Assembly: GCA_031416315.1 (NCBI GenBank)
Contig: JANOTL010000077.1
Span: 1 to 14,567 of the forward strand
Direction: 5' to 3'
Length of the DNA: 14,567 nt
Source of the DNA: Pseudomonadota bacterium
GTDB taxonomy: Bacteria; Bdellovibrionota_B; Oligoflexia; Oligoflexales; CAIYRB01
Every line of letters starts with the position of its first letter. Within the stretch, counting starts at the first letter, position 1. Position numbers and translations under genes: made by a program. This document shows positions 1 to 6,906 of this stretch, piece after piece. Under the pieces are notes generated by a model. That model was not told where the DNA came from, ran no database searches, and saw only the letters and a program-made list of their open reading frames with translations.

Positions 1-1
1 A

Positions 2-109
2 CTCATCATCAACTTCTCGGCGGCGAAGCTGCGGGTCAGACGAGTTGTGCGTAGCCTTTCGGAGGCCGCCGAGGACGCCGAAGAGCCGAGGGCGCCGAAG
101 GGATTGTAA
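2..109 (+). CDS. 3' end of an upstream gene of unknown function (5'-partial)
   Basis: Frame 2 is open from the window edge (LIINFSAAKLRVRRVVRSLSEAAEDAEEPRAPKGL) to TAA at 107-109, with GC3-rich codons. A small GC hairpin follows (CCGCC-TGCC-GGCGG, 111-124). Too short to assign a family. Confidence 0.5.
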   Translation, partial: LIINFSAAKLRVRRVVRSLSEAAEDAEEPRAPKGL

Positions 110-165
110 GCCGCCTGCCGGCGGTGAAGATGCTTTACAAATGGTGGGAAGTCCCCCCCCCCTCT

Positions 166-184
166 ATCTTTACGACGTGAAGAT
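166..184. promoter_or_regulatory. 19-bp imperfect palindrome, candidate TetR operator
   Basis: ATCTTTACG-A-CGTGAAGAT, with 8 of 9 arm positions complementary. It lies 46 bp upstream of the tetR ATG and next to a TTGACC -35-like hexamer (189-194). TetR proteins typically bind such palindromes near their own promoter. Confidence 0.6.
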
Positions 185-230
185 TAAATTGACCCTGCCC
201 CTGGTCGGAGAGATGGAGTTAACTGGGGCG

Positions 231-857
231 ATGCCTGCAAAGAAGCCTTCTTCAAAAGATAAATACCATCACGGCGATCTGCGCAAAGCGCTGATCGAGG
301 CCTCGCTGAGCATCATCGCGCGGGAAGGCGCCGAGGCGCTCACCCTCCGCAGCGCCGCGCGCGCTGCTGGCGTTTCCCACGCCGCGCCATACGCACACTA
401 TGAAGACAAAGAAGACCTGATCGCCGCCGTCAAAGACGACTGCTTCAAAGAGCTCCAACAACAGCTCGCCGAGGGCCTCGGGGAAAAAGATGCGCCGCTC
501 GTCCGGCTCGAGTCGATGGCGCGCATCTACCTTGCCTTCGCCGCGGACCACCCCGCCAAATACACCATCATGTTCAAGCGTCCGCTCGGCAAAGAGCCGC
601 GCGAGACCTTCGCCTATATCGAGATCGGCCGCGACATCTTTCGCATGCTGGCCGAAGAGGTCGCCGCAGCCTTGATCGCCCACGGGCGCAAGGTCGACCC
701 CCAGGACGTGACCCTCACCTCGTAGGCCACCCTCCACGGCCTTTGCGCGCTTTGGAACGACGGGCCCATGCAGATGATCATGCCTAAGGGCACCCGTTTC
801 GACGCCTTGGCGAAGCGCTTCGTCGCCTTCATCATCGCCTCGATCAAGGGACCATAG
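231..857 (+). pseudogene. TetR/AcrR-family regulator with C-terminal WHG domain, interrupted by an in-frame TAG at 723-725
   Basis: N-terminal YHHGDLRKALIEA...LTLRSAARAAGVSHAAPYAHY is a TetR helix-turn-helix. The same frame continues past the TAG as ATLHGLCALWNDG...IIASIKGP to TAG 855-857, giving LTS*ATLHG where W-x-x-x-H-G is expected. Full length would be 208 aa. An alternative start is ATG 213. The stop may be a real nonsense mutation or a base-call error. Confidence 0.85.
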
Positions 858-1809
858 CGAATCGGTCGGTAGCCGCCGTCAAAGCCCGCGCGATTCCCGG
901 CTCGCTCGCCGCATGGCCCGCATCCGGGATCACCATGAGCTCCGCCTCGGGCCATGCCTTCGCCAGGTCGAAGGCGCTCTTGATCGGACAGCACACGTCG
1001 TAGCGACCGTGCACGATGATCGCCGGAATCTTTCGCAAGCGCTCGACCTGCTTCAGGAGCCAGCCGTCCTCCGAGAAAAAGCACTTGTTGAAGAAGTAGT
1101 GGCACTCGATCCGCGCGAAGGCCAGCGCGAACTCGTCCTCCGTGAAGTGCGCGACGTGATCGGCATCGGGAATGAGCTTCGTCACGCGCCCCTCCCAGCC
1201 ACTCCACGCGACCGCTGCCGCCACGCGCGCCTTCGAGTCCGTCCCGGTCAGCCGCTTGTGGTACGCCGCGACGAAGTCGCCACGCTCCGCCGTCGGAATC
1301 TGCGCCTCGTACTCGGTCCAGCCATCCGGGAAGATCCGGTTCGCCCCGCCCTGATAGAGCCAGTCGAGCTCTTCGTTGCGTCCCAGAAAGATCCCGCGCA
1401 GGACGAGCTCCGTCACGCGTTCGGGATGCGTCGCCGCATAGGCGAGGGATAGCGTGCTGCCCCACGAGCCGCCGAACACTTGCCAACGTTCGATGCCGAG
1501 ATGCTTTCTCAGCTTCTCCATGTCTTCGACGAGATCCCAAGTGGTGTTCTCTTCCAGCGACGCATAGGGCTTGCTCTTCCCGCAGCCGCGCTGATCGAAG
1601 AGCACGATCCGGTAGCGCCGCGGATCGAAAAACTGTCGGTGCCCCGCCTCGGTGCCGCCGCCGGGCCCGCCGTGCACGAACAGGACAGGCTTGCCCTGAG
1701 GGTTGCCCGACTCCTCGTAATAGACTTCGTGCAACGACGAAACGCGCAACATCCCGGTCACTCTGGCTTCGAGGGGCGGATAGCGCCAAGTCAGCGGATC
1801 GCGCATCAT
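844..1809 (-). CDS. pip: Proline iminopeptidase (prolyl aminopeptidase, S33 alpha/beta hydrolase)
   Basis: Motifs YYEESGNPQGKPVLFVHGGPGGG, FDQRGCGKS, nucleophile GGSWG, LVLRGIF, ARIECHYF, HGRYD (Asp) and AGHAASE (His). An AAGGAG ribosome-binding site precedes ATG 1809, preferred over the TTG at 1827. 321 aa. Confidence 0.95.
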   Translation of the reverse strand: MMRDPLTWRYPPLEARVTGMLRVSSLHEVYYEESGNPQGKPVLFVHGGPGGGTEAGHRQFFDPRRYRIVLFDQRGCGKSKPYASLEENTTWDLVEDMEKLRKHLGIERWQVFGGSWGSTLSLAYAATHPERVTELVLRGIFLGRNEELDWLYQGGANRIFPDGWTEYEAQIPTAERGDFVAAYHKRLTGTDSKARVAAAVAWSGWEGRVTKLIPDADHVAHFTEDEFALAFARIECHYFFNKCFFSEDGWLLKQVERLRKIPAIIVHGRYDVCCPIKSAFDLAKAWPEAELMVIPDAGHAASEPGIARALTAATDRFAMVP

Positions 1810-1852
1810 TTTGGTGACTCCTTCCAAGGTGGGCCCAGGCGCAAGCTACCCC

Positions 1853-1874
1853 GTCTTGACGTGGGCGTGAAGAT
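1853..1874. promoter_or_regulatory. Palindrome related to the 166-184 site, in the divergent pip / secreted-protein intergenic region
   Basis: GTCTTGACG-TGGG-CGTGAAGAT. The right arm is identical to that of 166-184 and the left arm matches at 7 of 9 positions, but the spacer is 4 bp rather than 1 bp. It contains TTGACG (-35-like) at 1856-1861. Confidence 0.4.
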
Positions 1875-1945
1875 GGACCAACCTCCCTGGAAACAGCCAT
1901 TCGCCATTTTTCCGTTCATCCCCTTTTCCCCGGACAGGAGACGCC

Positions 1946-2659
1946 ATGATCAGGACGATCACCATGCTGGCCCTTTCGTTGGCGTTCGCGGCGACGGGAG
2001 CGCAAGCCGGCAACGTCGCCAAGAGCGAGCGCGAGCTCGTCGTCGTCTCCGAGCTGGTCACACATTCGGCCCAGTACCGTTGGCTCTACCGCTTTATGGA
2101 GGCCAGCGGCGTCTCCCTTGCCTGGGAAACCCTGGGCAGCGAATACCGCACCGTCTACGCCCTCACCGGCGAGCGCGCGACCCTCGAGAACTTCAACCGC
2201 GGCCTCGGTCGCCTCGCCGAGAACGGCGAGGTCAAGGCCCTGGACGTTTTCCTGCACCTCCACGGCGGCCCAAAAACCCTGTATTTCCGCGAAGGCGGCT
2301 ACGCCACCGAAGACATCGCGCGCCGGCTCACGGAAAGCTCGCTCCTTCCGTCCAAGCTCCGCCTCGCCTATTCGACCGCCTGCTACGGCGCCTCGCACGC
2401 CGGAGACCTCCTCGCCGGCGGCTTCGAAGCGGTTTCGGGATCCCGCAGAGTCAATACTAACGGTGCTTACGACTACCCTGCGGTCTTGACCTCCTGGCGC
2501 GCCGGAGAGACGATCGCGGTCGCTCAAGATTGGGGTAACGTCGAGTTTTTCCGCAGGCTGTCGGACGACATCGCCTCCACCATGGGCTTCGGGGACGTCG
2601 ACAGCTACAAGGACGTCTTCGGTGCCAGCGAGCTGACGATCGGCTCGTCGAACCGCTGA
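1946..2659 (+). CDS. Secreted hypothetical protein, putative clan CD (caspase-hemoglobinase fold) cysteine peptidase
   Basis: AGGAG RBS at 1936-1940. Sec signal peptide ending AQA|G at about residue 21. ATLENFNRGL helix, strand-His-Gly (LDVFLHLHG, H106) and strand-Ala-Cys (LRLAYSTACYG, C146). The CDS is well supported; the function is inferred. Confidence 0.8.
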   Translation: MIRTITMLALSLAFAATGAQAGNVAKSERELVVVSELVTHSAQYRWLYRFMEASGVSLAWETLGSEYRTVYALTGERATLENFNRGLGRLAENGEVKALDVFLHLHGGPKTLYFREGGYATEDIARRLTESSLLPSKLRLAYSTACYGASHAGDLLAGGFEAVSGSRRVNTNGAYDYPAVLTSWRAGETIAVAQDWGNVEFFRRLSDDIASTMGFGDVDSYKDVFGASELTIGSSNR

Positions 2660-2666
2660 GGTTTCC

Positions 2667-3182
2667 GTGAACGTCAAATACCGCATCATCCAGTATCTCG
2701 CCGTCATCATCCCTTCTGTCCTGTTCGCGTATTTCTACGAGCCGCAGCGCAAGGAGATCGAAGGCACCTTCATCGCACCCGGGCGCAACGTACCCTCGAC
2801 GAAGCCGGTCGAGACCGCTGGCGGCGGCAACGCCCTCGACGAGATCAGCGACGCGCCGGCGGAGGGCGAGCCGCTCGCCGGCACCGAGCTCGAAAAGATC
2901 GTTCCGGACGCCGAGACGCAGGCGGGCCTCGCATACGTCGAGTCGCTCCGTCAGATCCCCGACGCCGCGCCTTTGATCGACGACATCGTCGAGTACATGA
3001 AGGAAGACGACGGCGCCGAGTTCTCGCTCGACCAGCTGGACTACGACGAGAACGGCCTCGCCGTGATCGACGCGAACACCAACAAGAAAATGATCAAAGA
3101 CCCCGAAATCCTCGCGAAATGGCAGAAGCTGATGCAGCTGATCGCCGCGAATCAGGCGCAGAAGAAGGCGGACAAGCTCTAG
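2667..3182 (+). CDS. Hypothetical acidic protein with a single N-terminal transmembrane anchor
   Basis: GTG start 7 bp after the upstream stop, with GAGG at 2658-2661. Hydrophobic segment IIQYLAVIIPSVLFAYFY, a Pro/Gly/Glu-rich linker and an acidic helical C-terminus. Codon usage is typical of the window. 171 aa. Confidence 0.8.
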   Translation: MNVKYRIIQYLAVIIPSVLFAYFYEPQRKEIEGTFIAPGRNVPSTKPVETAGGGNALDEISDAPAEGEPLAGTELEKIVPDAETQAGLAYVESLRQIPDAAPLIDDIVEYMKEDDGAEFSLDQLDYDENGLAVIDANTNKKMIKDPEILAKWQKLMQLIAANQAQKKADKL

Positions 3183-6100
3183 CCCTCCGCCAACATCGCC
3201 GCAAAGTGCCCCCCGCTTCGCCCCATCAAGACCTCGGGCGCATCAAACTCCACGACGCGCCCTTGCTCCATCACCATGATCCGGTCCGAGTCCATCACCG
3301 TCCCGAGCCGGTGCGCGATCGTGATCACCGTCGCGTCGCGGAATTCCTCGCGGATCGTCCGCTGGATCCACGCGTCCGTCGTCACGTCCACGCTCGCCGT
3401 CGCCTCGTCCAGCAGCAAGACCTTTGCGTCCTTCAGCAGCGCCCGTGCCAAGCAGAGGAGCTGCTTCTGCCCGACGGAGAAGTTTGACCCGCCCTCGTGC
3501 ACGTTCGTATCGAGCCCCTTCGGTAGCCTTTGTACCGACTCCTTCAAGGCCGCCCGCGCGAGCGCGTCCCAAAGGCGCGCCTCGTCGTGCACCGCGAACG
3601 GATCGAGGTTCTTGCGGATCGTGCCGCTGAATAGCGTCGGCTCCTGCGGAATGATCGCCAGCCGCGACCGCAAGGCCGCCAAGTCCAAGCCGGCGACGTC
3701 GACCCCGTCGATCGAGATCCGGCCCGCCTCGGGCTCCAGAATCCTGAACAAAGACAGTAATAAAGTACTCTTGCCGGCGCCCGTCCGCCCGACGATCCCC
3801 ACCTTTTCCCCAGCCCGGATCGTGCAGTCCAACTCGCGCGCGACCGGCGGCAGATCCGGTCGGTAGCGCAGGGTTACCTTGTCGAACCGAACCTCGCCCG
3901 CCGACGGCCAGCCCTCCGGCGGCCGCGCCCCGGCCCAGCGCTCCGACGGCAAGCGCGTGTAGTGCTCTATTCGCTCGACCGAGTTCAAATTGCTTTCGAC
4001 CTGGCTCACCATCCGGACGGCCCAGTTCATCGCGCCGGTGATCGCCAGCGCGTACGTCACCGACAGCCCCACGAAGCCCGCGCCCAGAGAGCTGGTCGTC
4101 GCCACCGAGGCGATCGCCGCCGCCGCCACGACGCCGGCGCCGAGCGTCTCGATCCGGGTCCCGAGCCAGCGGTTCGCCGACACCAAGGTGTAGAACGTCC
4201 GGCTGTTCGTCTCGAGGGCGCCGAGCAAGGAGCGCTCGAAGCGCCGCTCCGCGCCGAACGCGCGGATCACCGCCACGCCGGCGAGCGTCTCCGAGAACTG
4301 CGCGAACACCGGCGAGCGCGTGATCGAATCGAGCCTTTGCCCTTCGCGCGAGGCCGGCCGAAACGTCTTCTGCACCTGCCAATAAATGAATCCGATCGGG
4401 ACGATCGCGAAGAGCGCCGCCGGCGTCACCAACACCACCACGACCAGGGTCGAGACGATCGTGAAGATGCAGCCCAGAGCGTCGAGCAAAGACCTCGGAA
4501 TCTGCTGGTCCACTGCCTCCATGTCTCGCGCGAAGCGGTTCAGAACCCGACCGACCGGCGTCCCCTCGAAGAACCCCATCGGCGCCGCGAGCACGCTCTT
4601 CAACAAGCCGTTGTGAAAGATCGTCCCGGCCGTCAGGCCGCGCAAGGTGATGATCAAGCTGCGGATGAAGGTCGACGTGCACGCCGCGATCCCGAACGCC
4701 AGATAGCCGAGGAGAAACCAGTGCGCCTGGAAATCCTTGGCCGTCGACCAATAAGCCAGCCACGAGTCCGTGCCGACCCCGAGCAGCTCCTTCGTCAGGA
4801 ACGCCACGGACAAGCCCGCCGCGATCGCCCCCGGCGCAAAGGTCTTGAAGTAGAGCTTGTAGACGCCCCAGCCCACGACGCCCGTATTGCGCTCTTCTTC
4901 CGTCATGATCCGCGTCGCCGGCTTGCCCAACTCGCCGCGCGCCGGGCTCACGCGCTCCGCCGCCGGCACGTCCGCTTCGGCCTCCGCCGCAAGCATCTCC
5001 TCCTCGGTCGCCTCGGCGTTGCCCTCGGCGCGCTCGTAGGCTCGCCAAAGCTGGAAAAAGTACTTGGACTTACGCTTTAACTCGCGCGGGCGGCCGCTTT
5101 CGACGACCACGCCGCCGTCGAGCACGATCAAACGATCGGCGCGGTCGACGAACTCGAGACGATGCGTCGCGAGAATCCGCGTCTTGCCCTTCAGCGCGCC
5201 GAGAATCGCGTCGTCGTACACCGCATGCGCCACCTGCGCATCGAGCGCGCTCAGGGGGTCGTCGAGCAGATACACGTCGGCGTCGGCGTAAATCGCTCGT
5301 GCCAGGCTGATCCTCTGCCGCTGCCCGCCTGACAGGTTGACGCCGCGCTCGCCGATCTCCGTCGCGTCCCCGCCGGGAAAATGCGCCAGATCCGCGAGCA
5401 TGGAGCTCACCGCCAGAGCCCGCTCATAGCGCGCTTCATCGAGCTCGAGCCCAAACAAGACGTTGGCGCGGATCGTGTCGTTGAGAATCCAGGCCTGCTG
5501 CGAGACGAAGGCGACGCTCCCTGCCACGTCAGCCGTCCCGGCCACGAGCTCCAGATCGCCGAGCAAGGACGCGATCAACGCGCTCTTCCCACTTCCGACC
5601 GCTCCGACCACGACCACGAGCTCCCCACGTCGAACCTCGAGATCCAAGCCGCTGAGCGCACGCGCCGTCTTCGTCCAGGAAAACGCTGCACCTTTCAGCG
5701 AGATGGTGCCCGCCGGCAAACTCGACGGAGCCCGCTTCGCCAGCTCCGGCAGGGCGAGAAACTCCTCGACGCGTTTGATCGAGACGTTGGCGTCCATACA
5801 CAGCGTCAACATGTCGGGCAGCATCACCATCGCCTGCCGCAACACCGTGAACAGCGCTAGTGACGCGAACACGTCTGCTGCGTTCAAAGCGTGCCCCGAA
5901 AGCACATACGTCGCGAACGTCGCTACTGCGACGACGACCGGCGAGCTGAAGAACAAGAGCTGCCCGAGCGAGCCTAGCTTCGCGAGCTTGCGCAGCTCGA
6001 CGACCTCTCGTCCTCGGATCTGCTGCGCTTCGGCCTCGAAGCTGCGCTCCCAAGCATAGAACTTCAGCACGCGAATGCTCATCAGGATCTCGTTCATCAG

Positions 6101-6862
6101 GCCGACGCGCTCGTCCGAATGCTTCACGAGCTCCTTCCGCGCCACGAGCCCCTTCCGCGCAACGACGGATGCGAGGTACAGAAACATCAACAAAATGGCC
6201 GCGCCCGCGAGCGAGGCCGGCCCCAGGATCCAATACAAAATCGCCATGACCAAAGTGAGCTGCATCGGATGGAGCCACAACGAGTGGAAGACGTTCAGCA
6301 TGTTGACGAACTTCTGCGCGTCGGTCCCCATCAAGTTGATGATGCGCCCCGCGGGGGCCCGCTGCCGCGATTCGATCGTCAGAGCCAGGGACTTTCGGTA
6401 GATCGCGGTCACGAGCCCGATGCGCACGCGCACCATCAGGCGCAGGTTGCGGTGAAAGATGTGATGCGCCGTCATGCTCGTCGCCAAGGCGCTGACGAAG
6501 AGCGACACCGCGAGCGTCAGCGCCAAGGCTCCGCCCCCGCCGCCTAGCTCATGAACCAGCTCGCGCAAGAGCAAGGGACTCGCCACGGACGCCACGAGAT
6601 GGAACATCGAAATGCCGAAAACTCCGGCGAGCGCCCGCTTGTGGATCTCCCACATGCTGCGCAGAACGGGGCGACGCCGAGCCGCATTGACGACGAGCTC
6701 ATCTTTGAACGCCGTCTCGCAGCGCTGGGGATCCTCCTCTTCGTGCAACGGCAAGAGATCGGCGATCGTCAGCGGATGCTCGACGCCTGCGTCCAAGGTC
6801 GGCCGAACCCAACGGAAGTAGAGCCTCGAGAAGAGTCCGGCAGATTGTTCGGGGGAGCGCAT
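3179..6862 (-). CDS. Single-chain ABCC/MRP-like ABC exporter (TMD1-NBD1-TMD2-NBD2)
   Basis: NBD1 has GAVGSGKS, LSGGQ and a degenerate Walker B (VYLLDDPLSA). NBD2 has GRTGAGKS, FSVGQ, LLLDEATAS and IAHRL. Two multi-helix transmembrane domains. N-terminal lasso-like segment PEQSAGLFSRLYFRWVRPTL. The start is ATG 6862 (1227 aa) or TTG 6880. Confidence 0.93.
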   Translation of the reverse strand: MRSPEQSAGLFSRLYFRWVRPTLDAGVEHPLTIADLLPLHEEEDPQRCETAFKDELVVNAARRRPVLRSMWEIHKRALAGVFGISMFHLVASVASPLLLRELVHELGGGGGALALTLAVSLFVSALATSMTAHHIFHRNLRLMVRVRIGLVTAIYRKSLALTIESRQRAPAGRIINLMGTDAQKFVNMLNVFHSLWLHPMQLTLVMAILYWILGPASLAGAAILLMFLYLASVVARKGLVARKELVKHSDERVGLMNEILMSIRVLKFYAWERSFEAEAQQIRGREVVELRKLAKLGSLGQLLFFSSPVVVAVATFATYVLSGHALNAADVFASLALFTVLRQAMVMLPDMLTLCMDANVSIKRVEEFLALPELAKRAPSSLPAGTISLKGAAFSWTKTARALSGLDLEVRRGELVVVVGAVGSGKSALIASLLGDLELVAGTADVAGSVAFVSQQAWILNDTIRANVLFGLELDEARYERALAVSSMLADLAHFPGGDATEIGERGVNLSGGQRQRISLARAIYADADVYLLDDPLSALDAQVAHAVYDDAILGALKGKTRILATHRLEFVDRADRLIVLDGGVVVESGRPRELKRKSKYFFQLWRAYERAEGNAEATEEEMLAAEAEADVPAAERVSPARGELGKPATRIMTEEERNTGVVGWGVYKLYFKTFAPGAIAAGLSVAFLTKELLGVGTDSWLAYWSTAKDFQAHWFLLGYLAFGIAACTSTFIRSLIITLRGLTAGTIFHNGLLKSVLAAPMGFFEGTPVGRVLNRFARDMEAVDQQIPRSLLDALGCIFTIVSTLVVVVLVTPAALFAIVPIGFIYWQVQKTFRPASREGQRLDSITRSPVFAQFSETLAGVAVIRAFGAERRFERSLLGALETNSRTFYTLVSANRWLGTRIETLGAGVVAAAAIASVATTSSLGAGFVGLSVTYALAITGAMNWAVRMVSQVESNLNSVERIEHYTRLPSERWAGARPPEGWPSAGEVRFDKVTLRYRPDLPPVARELDCTIRAGEKVGIVGRTGAGKSTLLLSLFRILEPEAGRISIDGVDVAGLDLAALRSRLAIIPQEPTLFSGTIRKNLDPFAVHDEARLWDALARAALKESVQRLPKGLDTNVHEGGSNFSVGQKQLLCLARALLKDAKVLLLDEATASVDVTTDAWIQRTIREEFRDATVITIAHRLGTVMDSDRIMVMEQGRVVEFDAPEVLMGRSGGHFAAMLAEG

Positions 6863-6873
6863 TCGTCTACAAT
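6845..6873 (+). promoter_or_regulatory. Putative sigma70-type promoter for the S8 protease gene
   Basis: TTGTTC (6845-6850), a 17-bp spacer, then TACAAT (6868-6873), 33 bp upstream of the GTG start. It overlaps the start of the divergent ABC gene. Confidence 0.5.
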
Positions 6874-6906
6874 CCAGCAAATTGGTCCACTTCTCCAGGA
6901 GTTCCC

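Noticed and set aside
45..230. N-terminal extension of the TetR ORF from TTG 45
   Set aside because: It crosses the upstream gene end, the poly-C tract and the operator. The TetR domain begins just after ATG 231.
723..725. Genome-wide TAG reassignment or pyrrolysine as an explanation for the internal stop
   Set aside because: TAG acts as a normal stop at the natural ends of the ABC gene, the 171-aa gene, the S8 gene and tetR itself. No other gene has an internal TAG and no pyl genes are present.
614..2710. ORFs 614..1900(-), 1480..2460(+) and 1916..2710(-)
   Set aside because: They overlap pip and the secreted protein in other frames and show no recognisable motifs.
3243..6547. Multiple long alternative-frame or antisense ORFs inside the ABC gene (601, 372, 249 and 198 aa)
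   Set aside because: They are Arg/Ala/Gly-rich translations expected from stop-codon scarcity at high GC, and they fully overlap a well-supported gene.
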